The translations under genes were made by a program, and so were the position numbers. Positions 9,548 to 18,260 of a stretch of DNA of 43,424 nucleotides are shown one piece after another; position 1 is the first letter of the stretch, and every line of letters starts with the position of its first letter. The DNA is taken from assembly GCA_033763905.1 (NCBI GenBank), contig JANRJP010000036.1, forward strand, positions 1 through 43,424, in the 5' to 3' direction. The stretch comes from Gemmatimonadaceae bacterium. Lineage in GTDB: Bacteria > Gemmatimonadota > Gemmatimonadetes > Gemmatimonadales > Gemmatimonadaceae. Under the pieces are notes generated by a model that was given only the letters and a program-made list of their open reading frames with translations, had not been told where the DNA came from and did not search any database.

Positions 9548-9976
9548 ATGCAATTCAACATTCTGATCGTGGACGACAGCGCGGTGATGCGCGCGATGGT
9601 CCTCAAGACGCTCCGGATGACCGGTCTGCCGCTGGGTGATGTGCACCAGGCGGCCAACGGCGCCGAGGGACTCACCAAGGTGTCGGACGAATGGATCGAT
9701 CTCATTCTCGCCGACATCAATATGCCGGTGATGACCGGCATCGAGATGATCGAGACGCTGCGGAGCCGCGACGAAACGCAGCAGATCCCGATTTGCGTGA
9801 TCTCGACCGAAAGCAGCGAGACCCGCATTCAGTGGCTGGCCGAGCGCAACGTGGCGTTCGTGCACAAGCCGTTCACCCCCGAGACCCTTCGGGCCACCAT
9901 TCTGCAGGTTACCGGAGTCAGTGATGAGCAACTCGTGGCAGACGCCACTGCATCGGGCGGCAGCAACGACTTTTGA
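9548..9976 (+). CDS. cheY: Second CheY-like single-domain response regulator
   Basis: 'ILIVDDSAVMR', 'ILADINMPVMTG', 'VISTE', 'HKPFTPE'; GAGGG RBS. Confidence 0.88.
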   Translation: MQFNILIVDDSAVMRAMVLKTLRMTGLPLGDVHQAANGAEGLTKVSDEWIDLILADINMPVMTGIEMIETLRSRDETQQIPICVISTESSETRIQWLAERNVAFVHKPFTPETLRATILQVTGVSDEQLVADATASGGSNDF

Positions 9977-10367
9977 GGAGCTCGCGCTCCTCGTGCCGAT
10001 CGACGTGCTCGACGACGAGCAGCGCGCTGCGCCGCTCGCGCCGGGAATGGCCGTCGATTTCGAAGGGCCCTACTGCGGGACGCTCGAGATTCACGTCACC
10101 GAGAACGTGCTGCCGGATATCGCGGTGAATATGCTGGGCGCCTTCGACACACCGTCGGCGGACGATCAGCGGGACGCGCTCGGCGAGATGGCCAACGTGA
10201 TCACCGGGAACGTGCTCCCGCTGCTCGCGGGCTCGGCGGCGGTGTTCCGCCTGCATCCGCCGCGCCGCGTGGACGTCCGCGCGACGGCACCGAACGCGAC
10301 CGTCGCCTTCGGGCTGGACGGTGGCCGTGCCGAGATCCTCCTCCGTGCGACGGAGGCGGCGGCCTGA
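9924..10367 (+). CDS. cheX: CheX-family chemotaxis phosphatase
   Basis: 'VDFEG...GTL', 'IAVNMLG', 'DALGEMANVITGN' (ExxN motif); GGAG at 9914-9917; overlaps the 3' end of the second cheY. Confidence 0.82.
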   Translation: MSNSWQTPLHRAAATTFEELALLVPIDVLDDEQRAAPLAPGMAVDFEGPYCGTLEIHVTENVLPDIAVNMLGAFDTPSADDQRDALGEMANVITGNVLPLLAGSAAVFRLHPPRRVDVRATAPNATVAFGLDGGRAEILLRATEAAA

Positions 10368-10384
10368 CGGCCGCCGATCCATCT

Positions 10385-11455
10385 GTGATTCGCGTACTCG
10401 TCGTCGATGATTCGGCACTGATCCGGAAAGTGCTGTCGGAGGAGCTCGCCAAGGCGGGGGATATCGAGGTCGTCGGTACCGCGATCGATCCCTTCGTCGC
10501 GCGCGACAAAATCCTCAAGCTCTCCCCCGATGTGCTGACGCTCGACGTCGAGATGCCGCGGATGGACGGGCTGAGCTTCCTGTCGAAGCTGATGCGTCAC
10601 CATCCGATGCCAGTCGTCGTCGTCTCGTCGCTGACGCAGGACAAGAGCGAGATGGCCGTGCACGCGCTGGCGCTCGGTGCAGTGGACGTGATTCCGAAGC
10701 CGGGCTCCTCGTACGCGGTGCCCGACGTCGCCGGTCGACTGGTGGCGGCTATTCGACGAGCGGCCGTCTCGAAGGTGCGCCGACACGAGGTGGCGCCGCC
10801 GACTGCGGCAGCGCCCAAGGCCAGCGCCGGGGCGGCGCCGATCGAGTTGCCGGCCGTGGCGCTCGAGACCACCCACAAGGTGCTGGCGATCGGTGCCTCG
10901 ACTGGCGGCACGCAGGCGATCGAGCACGTGCTGCGCGAACTGCCGGCCACGATGCCCGGCATCGTCATCACGCAGCATATGCCGGTGCACTTCACGGCGG
11001 CCTTCGCCGAGCGGCTCAACAAGGTGTGCCGTCTTGAGGTGCGCGAAGCCAAGGACGGCGATGCGATCGTCCCCGGCGTCGCGTTGGTGGCGCCCGGCGG
11101 CAAGCATATGCTCGTCCAGCGCAACGGCGCCAAGTACCAGGCGCGAGTGAAGGACGGGCCGCCGGTCCATCATCAGCGGCCGGCGGTGGATGTGCTGTTT
11201 CAGAGCGTGGCGCGCGCGGCGGGTGCCAATGCCGTCGGCGTTCTGCTCACGGGGATGGGGGCGGATGGCGCAGCGGGATTGCTGGAGATGCGACAGGCCG
11301 GTGCCCACACGATCGCGCAAGATGAAGCCACCTGCGTCGTCTTCGGGATGCCGAAGGAGGCGATCAAGCTCAATGCGGCCGCCGATGTGCTACCGCTCAC
11401 CGGGATCGCGCGCGAACTGGTGAAGGCCTTCGGCGGGTCGCTCGCGGCGGCGTAG
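10385..11455 (+). CDS. cheB: Chemotaxis methylesterase CheB (REC + esterase)
   Basis: REC domain plus 'IGASTGGTQA', 'TQHMP', 'HHQRPAVDVLF', 'LLTGMGADGA'. Confidence 0.96.
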   Translation: MIRVLVVDDSALIRKVLSEELAKAGDIEVVGTAIDPFVARDKILKLSPDVLTLDVEMPRMDGLSFLSKLMRHHPMPVVVVSSLTQDKSEMAVHALALGAVDVIPKPGSSYAVPDVAGRLVAAIRRAAVSKVRRHEVAPPTAAAPKASAGAAPIELPAVALETTHKVLAIGASTGGTQAIEHVLRELPATMPGIVITQHMPVHFTAAFAERLNKVCRLEVREAKDGDAIVPGVALVAPGGKHMLVQRNGAKYQARVKDGPPVHHQRPAVDVLFQSVARAAGANAVGVLLTGMGADGAAGLLEMRQAGAHTIAQDEATCVVFGMPKEAIKLNAAADVLPLTGIARELVKAFGGSLAAA

Positions 11456-11465
11456 CGCCGCGTAG

Positions 11466-11471
11466 TAGCAT
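11466..11471 (+). promoter_or_regulatory. Putative -10 element of a leaderless transcript (glycosylase gene)
   Basis: TAGCAT, 6 nt, then ATG 11478. Confidence 0.5.
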
Positions 11472-11477
11472 TGGGGG

Positions 11478-12122
11478 ATGCCTCCCATCCCCCGAGCGAC
11501 GCCGCGCAGCCTCGCCCTCGCCGCGGCGACGCTGCGCGCGAGTGATCCCGCGATTGGCGCCGTCATCGATCGTGTCGGGCCCTGCACGATGCATCGCGCG
11601 CGTCGGCGCGGGTCGCACTTCGAACACCTCGCGTCAGTCATCGTGTCGCAGCAATTGAGTGGCAAGGCGGCCGGGACGATCTACGGCCGCTTCGAAGCGC
11701 TCTTTCCCGACCAGACGCCGGACGCGCGCCGCCTCACCCGGATCACCGATCTGCGGCTCCGCGAGGTCGGCTTGTCCCGGCAGAAGGTCGCGGCCATTCG
11801 TGATCTCGCGAGTCACGTGCGGGCGGAGGCGCTGCCCCTCGATCGCATCGACACGATGCCCGACGACGAGGTGATCGCGTCGCTGACCCAAGTTCGCGGC
11901 ATCGGTCGCTGGACGGCCCAGATGTTCCTGATGTTCCGCCTGGGTCGCCTGGATGTGTGGCCCGAACTCGACCTGGGGGTGCAGAAAGGCGCGCAACGCA
12001 TCCTTGGATTGCGGCGACTGCCCGACCACAAGGTCACGGCCGCGCTCGGCGCGCGGTGGGCCCCCTACCGCTCCGTGGCCGCGTGGTACTGCTGGCGCGC
12101 GCTGGAACTCGAGGGGTCGTAA
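11478..12122 (+). CDS. DNA-3-methyladenine glycosylase II family (AlkA/HhH-GPD)
   Basis: 'FEHLASVIVSQQLSGKAA', 'GLSRQK', HhH 'LTQVRGIGRWTAQMFLMF.LGR.DV.P..DLGV', 'WAPYRSVAAWYCW'. Confidence 0.9.
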   Translation: MPPIPRATPRSLALAAATLRASDPAIGAVIDRVGPCTMHRARRRGSHFEHLASVIVSQQLSGKAAGTIYGRFEALFPDQTPDARRLTRITDLRLREVGLSRQKVAAIRDLASHVRAEALPLDRIDTMPDDEVIASLTQVRGIGRWTAQMFLMFRLGRLDVWPELDLGVQKGAQRILGLRRLPDHKVTAALGARWAPYRSVAAWYCWRALELEGS

Positions 12123-12138
12123 CGCGCCACGTCAAGCG

Positions 12139-12167
12139 TTGCCTGCACTCACGAGGCGCTCTACTAT
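12139..12167 (+). promoter_or_regulatory. Putative sigma70 promoter for the MqsA-like gene
   Basis: TTGCCT(12139-12144)-N17-TACTAT(12162-12167). Confidence 0.6.
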
Positions 12168-12213
12168 TGCCACTGCGGCCCCGTGGCGCCGCCTTCACCC
12201 TCGTGTGCCCGCA

Positions 12214-12768
12214 ATGACTCTCGTGCTCGAAGGTTCGCTCCATCGGAAGTGTGGCGGTCGATACGCCCTGACGGTCGAGACGGTCACGCTCCGCGTCAGC
12301 GGAATGGCCGCCACGGTCGAGCGCGGCGTCCTCCGTTGCAGCCAGTGCGGCGACGAGCACCGCACGGTGGAGCAGCGCGAAGCCGCTGAGCAGGCGGCGG
12401 TGGCTGCGGTGCGTACCCAGCACGGATTGCTGTTGCCGCGCGAGATCAAGCAGTTGCGTGAGCGCCTGGGCCTGACGCACGAGCAACTCGGCGATTTGCT
12501 CTACGGAGTACCGCGGAGCGTCGTCGAAGGATGGGAGCGCGGTCGCTACGTGCAGAATCCCGAGGCCGATGCGCTGCTGCGCTCCCTCGATGATCGCCCG
12601 ACGCTGGAGCTCCGCGCCGCCAAGGCCGGCGTCACCTTGCCGATCCTGCTGCCGCTTGATGCGCCGGCGGCGATTCCCGTCGTGGTCGGCGCGGACCTCC
12701 CGGTGTCTGGCACCGTGGACCGCCGCGCGCCGGGCCACGCGACGTACGCGACGGAACTGCACGCGTAG
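12214..12768 (+). CDS. MqsA/YgiT-type Zn-ribbon + Xre HTH protein (antitoxin-like regulator)
   Basis: 'HRKCGG...RCSQCGDE' Zn ligands, then 'GLLLPREIKQLRERLGLTHEQLGDLL...VEGWERGRYVQN..ADALLR', the MqsA-type HTH. Confidence 0.8.
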   Translation: MTLVLEGSLHRKCGGRYALTVETVTLRVSGMAATVERGVLRCSQCGDEHRTVEQREAAEQAAVAAVRTQHGLLLPREIKQLRERLGLTHEQLGDLLYGVPRSVVEGWERGRYVQNPEADALLRSLDDRPTLELRAAKAGVTLPILLPLDAPAAIPVVVGADLPVSGTVDRRAPGHATYATELHA

Positions 12769-12829
12769 CACGAGCAGTTCATCTCGCGACCACGCGTCGC
12801 GGGATCGCGGCGCGGCTTCGCCCCGCACC

Positions 12830-14215
12830 ATGCCGACTTTCTCCCGTACGCTGCGCGTCCCCGTGCCCGCCGCCGAGCTCTTTGCGTGGCACGAGCGGCC
12901 CGGCGCGTTCGAACGACTGAACCCGCCCTGGCAGCCCGTACAGGTTACCCACCGTAGCGGTGGTATTCGCGATGGCGCGCGCGTGGTGCTCCGTGTCCCG
13001 ATCGCGGGGCCGATCGGCATTCCGTGGGAACTCACGCATCGGGACTACATCGCGGGCGTGCAGTTCCGCGACGAGCAGGTTCGTGGTCCCTTTGCGCGCT
13101 GGTCGCACCTCCACGCGATCGCGCCCGATGGTGCGGGCGCCAGCATTCTGACGGACACGATCGACTTCGCGGCACCCTTCCCGCTGCTGGGTGGCGCGCT
13201 GGTCGACGCGGTCCTCGTCGCTGAGCTCGACCGGCTCTTCCGCTATCGGCACGCCGTGACGGCCGGCGATCTGCAACGCCACGCGGCGTATCCCGGAGCG
13301 CCACTGCGCGTCGCCATCTCGGGGGCCACCGGGCTCATTGGTTCGGCACTCGACGCGTTCCTTACCACCGGCGGACATCGCGTGCACCGCATCGTGCGCG
13401 GGGCGCCCGACCCGACGCGTCCCGATGCGGACATCCGATGGGATCCCGCGCGGGGGACCATCGACGCCCACGCGCTCGAGGGCGTCGACGCCGTCATTCA
13501 TTTGGCCGGTGCCTCGGTGGCGGAGCGCTGGTCGGACGCGCATCGGGCCGAGATCCTCACGAGCCGCGTCCGGTCGACGGAACTGCTCGCCCGCACGATC
13601 GCCGGTCTGACGCGCAAGCCCGCGGTGTTCATCAGCAGTAGTGCGGTTGGCATCTACGGCAATCGGGGTGACGAGTCCCTCGATGAGACCTCGCTGGCCG
13701 GCGCGGGATATCTCGCGGACGTCGGTCGCGCCTGGGAATCCGCCGCCGAGTCTGCGCGAGCGGCCGGTGTGCGCGTCGTCCATCCGCGCACCGGGATCGT
13801 CCTGGCCGCTGCGGGGGGCGCGCTGGCCAAGTTGGTGCCGATTTATCAGATCGGCGGCGGTGGCCCGATCGGGCAGGGCCGCGCCTATCAGCCCTGGATG
13901 GCACTCGACGACTGGCTGGGCGCACTGCTGCACGTGCTTCGCACGCCCACCGTGCACGGTCCGGTCAACTTCACCGGACCAGCGCCCGTCCCGCAGCGTG
14001 AGTTCGCCAAGACGCTCGGCGCGGTGCTGCGTCGCCCCGCGATCGCGCCGGTACCGCCGATGGCGCTCGCGGCGATGTTCGGTCGCGAGATGGCGAACGA
14101 AGTGCTGCTCAGCTCACAGCGCGCCTATCCGCGCGCCCTCGAGGCTAGCGGCTTCGTGTTCCGCCACGCTACGCTCGCTGACGCGCTGCGATTCGAGCTC
14201 GGTCGCCCCGACTGA
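12830..14215 (+). CDS. TIGR01777 (YfcH-like) NAD-dependent epimerase with N-terminal SRPBCC domain
   Basis: N-terminal 'FAWHERPGAFERLNPPW...FRDEQVRGPFARWSHLH'; Rossmann 'VAISGATGLIGSAL', 'IHLAGA', 'SSAVGIYG', 'GPVN'. Confidence 0.9.
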   Translation: MPTFSRTLRVPVPAAELFAWHERPGAFERLNPPWQPVQVTHRSGGIRDGARVVLRVPIAGPIGIPWELTHRDYIAGVQFRDEQVRGPFARWSHLHAIAPDGAGASILTDTIDFAAPFPLLGGALVDAVLVAELDRLFRYRHAVTAGDLQRHAAYPGAPLRVAISGATGLIGSALDAFLTTGGHRVHRIVRGAPDPTRPDADIRWDPARGTIDAHALEGVDAVIHLAGASVAERWSDAHRAEILTSRVRSTELLARTIAGLTRKPAVFISSSAVGIYGNRGDESLDETSLAGAGYLADVGRAWESAAESARAAGVRVVHPRTGIVLAAAGGALAKLVPIYQIGGGGPIGQGRAYQPWMALDDWLGALLHVLRTPTVHGPVNFTGPAPVPQREFAKTLGAVLRRPAIAPVPPMALAAMFGREMANEVLLSSQRAYPRALEASGFVFRHATLADALRFELGRPD

Positions 14216-14239
14216 TCGGCGGCGCGAACGCCGCCGATC
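14214..14239. terminator. Hairpin between convergent genes (probable bidirectional terminator)
   Basis: 11-bp perfect stem GATCGGCGGCG/CGCCGCCGATC, loop CGAA (TTCG on the minus strand). Confidence 0.65.
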
Positions 14240-14249
14240 CATCGGGGCG

Positions 14250-15935
14250 TTACGCGCCGCGCACGCCCACTGGTACTCGCCCGTGCCAGTCGGTGAGCTG
14301 CTGGAACTGATGCGCCGCGGCGAGCGCCTGCGCTTCGCCCCAGAGCGGGCCGAGGAACGTGATCGAGACCGGCGTGTTGTCGTCGCGGAATCCGTTCGGG
14401 ACGATCACCGCGGGATGTCCCGTGAAGTTCGTGGCGATCAACTGCTGGGAGTTGGTCGGCGCCACGATCACATCGACATCACGGAACAGCGGCTCCCACA
14501 GCGCCATCGCCTGCGTACGTGCGCGATTGGCGTTGAGGTAGTCGCTCGCCGGCAGGAAGCGGCCGAGGCGGAACGTCGTGGGCCACGCATTCGGGCCCTG
14601 CTGTACCATCGTGCCGACCTCACCGGATCGGGTGATGCCGTCGAACGCCGCTGCGGCTTCGGCATTGAGAATCACACGCAGCAGGTCGTACGGGAACGCG
14701 GGGAGCTCCTTGGACACCAGCGCCGCGCCGCCCTTCCGCAGCGCCTCCAGCGAAGCGTCATCGAAGGCCTTGGTCGGCCGCTCCTGCTTGAAGAGCGCTT
14801 CGAAATACCCGACGCGCAGATTGCGGAGCGAGCGCGTCGCATCCCACTGGTACGGCCGATCCTGCGCGGTCGGGTCTGCTCCGTCGCTGCCGTGGATCGC
14901 GTGCAGCACGAGGGCACAGTCTTCGGCGTTGCGGGCAATGGGCCCGAGCTTGTCCATACTCCAGCTCAGCGCCATCGCACCAGTGCGCGGCACGCGACCG
15001 AAGGTCGGGCGCAAGCCGCTGACGCCGCATCGCGTCGATGGCGAGGAGATCGAGCCCAGGGTCTCGCTGCCGATCGCGAACGCGAAGATGCCGGCCGACA
15101 CGGCGGACGCCGAACCAGCGGACGAGCCGCTCGATCCCTGATCGAGCTTCCACGGATTCTTGGTGGTGCCGCCGAACCAGATATCGCCTTGTGCCAATTC
15201 GCCCAGCGACAGCTTGGCGGTGAGCACCGCACCGGCGGCTTCGAGCCGCTGAATGACCGTCGCGTCGGCGTCGATCACGCGGTCCTTGTAGAGCGAAATC
15301 CCCCAGGTCGTCGGGGCGCCCTTCGCGGCCAGCAAGTCCTTGGCGCCGAATGGAATGCCGTGCAGCGGCCCGCGGAACTTGCCGCTGCGGGCCTCGGCGT
15401 CGAGCTCGCGCGCGCGCGCCAGCGCGCGATCGGCCAGCGTGTTGACGGTGCAGGACAGCCGCGGGTCCAGCGTGCGAATGCGGTCGAGCGACAACTGGAC
15501 GAGCTGCTCGCTCGTGACGCGTCGGGCGCGCAGGAGTGCGCCGAGCTGCGGGATCGTCGCAAAGGCAAGCGCCGTGGCGTCCGCCGGGTCGGGCAGGCGC
15601 GCGGGCTTGGCCACGGCTTTCGGTGCCTGCTTCGGCGACGGCGCACCGGGCACGCTCGCACTGAATTGCACCGCCGGGGCGACGTCGTTCGGAATCGTGA
15701 GTCTGTACAGCGCTGCCTGCTGGCGGACCTGCGCCTTGAGACGCTCGAGCAGCAGCCCGCGATGTTCGTCGGTCAACGTGATGCCCGCAATCTCCTCAGC
15801 CGCGGCGATGCTCGCGGCGGTCACATCGGCGCCACGGGCGACGTCGGCCCAGAGGACGCCTGGCAACAGCGTGCCCCCCAGTCCCAGCGATCCCATCACG
15901 GAGAGAAAGGCGCGGCGATCAGCAGAGTCGAGCAC
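14250..15935 (-). CDS. Amidase signature family protein with Tat-like signal peptide
   Basis: 'DRRAFL' twin-Arg motif; 'GPLHGIPFGAKDL', 'GSSGSSAGSA', 'IGSETLGSISSPS..CGVSGLRPTFGRV'. Start at GTG 15935 or 15944. Confidence 0.9.
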   Translation of the reverse strand: MLDSADRRAFLSVMGSLGLGGTLLPGVLWADVARGADVTAASIAAAEEIAGITLTDEHRGLLLERLKAQVRQQAALYRLTIPNDVAPAVQFSASVPGAPSPKQAPKAVAKPARLPDPADATALAFATIPQLGALLRARRVTSEQLVQLSLDRIRTLDPRLSCTVNTLADRALARARELDAEARSGKFRGPLHGIPFGAKDLLAAKGAPTTWGISLYKDRVIDADATVIQRLEAAGAVLTAKLSLGELAQGDIWFGGTTKNPWKLDQGSSGSSAGSASAVSAGIFAFAIGSETLGSISSPSTRCGVSGLRPTFGRVPRTGAMALSWSMDKLGPIARNAEDCALVLHAIHGSDGADPTAQDRPYQWDATRSLRNLRVGYFEALFKQERPTKAFDDASLEALRKGGAALVSKELPAFPYDLLRVILNAEAAAAFDGITRSGEVGTMVQQGPNAWPTTFRLGRFLPASDYLNANRARTQAMALWEPLFRDVDVIVAPTNSQQLIATNFTGHPAVIVPNGFRDDNTPVSITFLGPLWGEAQALAAAHQFQQLTDWHGRVPVGVRGA

Positions 15936-16046
15936 GGACGGCACCTCGGAACAGGGGGGGGCAGAACGGAACTTCGCGAGTCTCGGCAAGGTATGCGGGC
16001 GAACGTAGTTGTGAATACGTTTCCGCACGCACCAATCGAGGTCTCG

Positions 16047-16568
16047 ATGTCACACGTCCCGTTCCGTCACATCCCGCGCGCGGCGGCTGCCGCCGCGATC
16101 GTCTTTGCCGCGACGGCGATGCCCGTCGCCGCACAGGGCGGCCGACCCACGCAATTGCACATTGAACGCACGTCGTCGACGCAGATCGGTGCGCGGGCGG
16201 TGTTCAGCACCGAGAAGCCCGACGGCTGGGGCTACGGGGTGCAGGCGCGATTCCCCGTCGACTGGAACCTCGCGGTCGAGCCCTCGGTCGATATCTGGTC
16301 GATCAACGGCGCGTCGACGTATCAGGTGAACGCCGACGTGGTGGCGTTCGACCGCCGCGGATGGTTGTACGGTCGGTTGGGGCTCGCGTACCACAAGCCC
16401 GAACGGGTGGACGGGCACTACGGTCTCAACCTCGGTCTCGGGAGCGACCTGCCGTATCTGTTCGAGACGCCGCTGCGGCCGTTTGTCGAGGCGCGGTGGA
16501 GCGTCATCCACGGGAGCGCCCCGCTGCGCCTACTGCTCGGCGCCAACATCGCGCTCGGTCGTCGGTGA
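16047..16568 (+). CDS. Small outer-membrane beta-barrel protein (OmpA/OMP_b-brl-like)
   Basis: Signal peptide ending 'VAAQ'; alternating aromatic/Gly beta strands ('GWGYGVQARF','LYGRLGLAY','GLNLGLG','PFVEARW'); GAGG RBS. Confidence 0.7.
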   Translation: MSHVPFRHIPRAAAAAAIVFAATAMPVAAQGGRPTQLHIERTSSTQIGARAVFSTEKPDGWGYGVQARFPVDWNLAVEPSVDIWSINGASTYQVNADVVAFDRRGWLYGRLGLAYHKPERVDGHYGLNLGLGSDLPYLFETPLRPFVEARWSVIHGSAPLRLLLGANIALGRR

Positions 16569-17068
16569 TGGGTTGGCGGACGGCCGTCGTTGCGCTGACC
16601 GTTGCGCTCGCCGCCTGCGGCGGATCGCGCGACGAGCCAGCGCCGCGAACGCCGATCGCCACGCCGCCTGCCCCTCCACCGGGGACGCCGTCCGACTGCG
16701 TGCTGGCCGAGCGGTGGGAGCCGTGTCTGGTGACCAAGCGCCTCGAGAACGCCGGGTTGGTCCCGCAGTTGCTCGACAGCGCCGCCACGCTCCCGATGTT
16801 CAATCGGCCGGTGTGGCACTACCAGCTCGGACGCGGGGAATTGTTCGTCGTCCTGTATGCCGACAGCACGGCACGTCGGGCAGATCTCGCAACCGTCGAC
16901 TCGTTGACGGTCTCGCGTCGGGGCGCGGCGGCCCACCCGTGGTCGATGCCACCCTTGCTTGTCACATCGCGCAATCTGGCCGCCGTGTTGCTGACCGAGA
17001 GCCAGCATCTGGCGGTGCGCGTCGAGGAGACCTTCACCGCAGGGCTGCCCTTGCTCGCCCCCAAGTGA
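16568..17068 (+). CDS. Hypothetical lipoprotein
   Basis: Lipobox 'LAAC', Pro-rich tether; TGATG coupling to the upstream gene. Confidence 0.7.
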   Translation: MGWRTAVVALTVALAACGGSRDEPAPRTPIATPPAPPPGTPSDCVLAERWEPCLVTKRLENAGLVPQLLDSAATLPMFNRPVWHYQLGRGELFVVLYADSTARRADLATVDSLTVSRRGAAAHPWSMPPLLVTSRNLAAVLLTESQHLAVRVEETFTAGLPLLAPK

Positions 17069-17072
17069 TGCG

Positions 17073-17594
17073 ATGCCACTGATCGCCTTCGACTCGTTAC
17101 CCGACGACGCGCGGGTGTGGGTCTTCGGTTCCTCGCGCGCCTTGGCACCCGACGAACGGACGCGACTGTTGGAGGAGGTGGACCGCTACCTCGGCGCGTG
17201 GAAAGCACACGGGGCCCCGCTGACCGTAGGTCGCCAGCTCCTGCACGATAGGTTCCTGGTGATCGGCGTCGACCAATCCACCGCAGGTGCCAGCGGGTGC
17301 TCCATCGACGGCTTGTATCGCACGCTCCAGCACCTCGAGGCGGCGCTGCGCACCGTCCTGCTGGCTGGCGGGCGCGTCTTCTGGCGTGACGGCGAGCGCA
17401 TCGCCACCGGCGACCGCGCCGCCTTCACCCAGCACGCGGCGGCCGGCGCCGTCAGCGCCGACACCCGGGTGTTCGATTTGACAGTGACGACGGCCGAAGC
17501 CTTTCGCGCAACCTTCGAGCGGCCGGCGCGTGCGACGTGGCACGCGCAGTTACTGCCGCCTCAGCGCGGCGCCGACGCGTTCGTGGAGCAGTAG
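17073..17594 (+). CDS. Conserved hypothetical protein with 'WKAHG' and 'ASGCSID' motifs
   Basis: 'LPDDARVWVF..SRAL', 'WKAHGAPL', 'VDQS...ASGCSID' resemble an uncharacterised family I recall from Bacteroidota. No Walker A motif. Confidence 0.7.
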   Translation: MPLIAFDSLPDDARVWVFGSSRALAPDERTRLLEEVDRYLGAWKAHGAPLTVGRQLLHDRFLVIGVDQSTAGASGCSIDGLYRTLQHLEAALRTVLLAGGRVFWRDGERIATGDRAAFTQHAAAGAVSADTRVFDLTVTTAEAFRATFERPARATWHAQLLPPQRGADAFVEQ

Positions 17595-17773
17595 CCGTTC
17601 AGCTTGTGCGCGCTGCCGTCGCAGAAGGGCTTCTTGGTGGAATCACCACAGCGGCAGAGTGAAAATGCCTTGCCCGGGGTCAGGGCGATCGGCTGCCCGT
17701 CTTCGCCGAGCAGCGTGACGTCGCCTTCGACCTTGATCGAGCCGTTGGCGCGGAGCGTGAGAGTGACGGACAT
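17561..17773 (-). CDS. CDGSH iron-sulfur (NEET-type) domain protein
   Basis: 'NGSIKVEG' beta region plus 'LCRCGDSTKKPFCDGSAH'. Confidence 0.88.
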   Translation of the reverse strand: MSVTLTLRANGSIKVEGDVTLLGEDGQPIALTPGKAFSLCRCGDSTKKPFCDGSAHKLNGYCSTNASAPR

Positions 17774-17803
17774 AGACGTCGGTGCGGGAAGAGGAGTGGA
17801 CGG

Positions 17804-18232
17804 TCAGGCGCGAAGATAATCGGGCTGCCAATCGCGAATCTGCCGCTTGACCGCCTCGCCGTTCGCGAGCTCGCCCGCGAGGCACCGCTCCACCAGTGCC
17901 GGGAGCTCGGCATCGCTCGCGAACCGCAGTCCGACGAGTTGCCGCGTGCTGAGCGCGCTCGTGCGCGGCAACAGCGCGGCCGGCAGCACCTCGCGGAGTC
18001 GGAGGCGCATCTCGAGCCGAATGATGCGATCCTGCACGCGATTCGCCATCACGCGCGCGACGAGGAGCACCAGCAGGAGCGCCAGCGCGAGCACGACCAG
18101 CACGGCGGTCTCGAGGGCAGGGCGCCGATAACACGCCCAGATGGCGAGCATCAGCGCGATCCAGGTCGCCGGCACGGCGACGCCGAAATAGTATCGCGGG
18201 AAGTTGCGATGGGTCTGATACGTCTGGGACAC
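17804..18232 (-). CDS. DUF6526-like membrane protein
   Basis: 'QTYQTH', two TM helices, 'VQDRIIRLEMRLRL', 'QLVGLRFASDAEL', 'KRQIRDWQPDYLRA'. Confidence 0.75.
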   Translation of the reverse strand: MSQTYQTHRNFPRYYFGVAVPATWIALMLAIWACYRRPALETAVLVVLALALLLVLLVARVMANRVQDRIIRLEMRLRLREVLPAALLPRTSALSTRQLVGLRFASDAELPALVERCLAGELANGEAVKRQIRDWQPDYLRA

Positions 18233-18260
18233 GGCAGGATTCGGGCTGGGGGGTGCCGCG

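Noticed and set aside
13641..16046. N-terminal ~800 aa of the 975-aa plus-strand ORF
   Set aside because: Overlaps TIGR01777 out of frame and the amidase antisense; only the part from ATG 16047 (RBS, signal peptide) looks real.
17073..17594. ATPase label that I recall being attached to this family
   Set aside because: No Walker A/B or ABC signature is present in the sequence.
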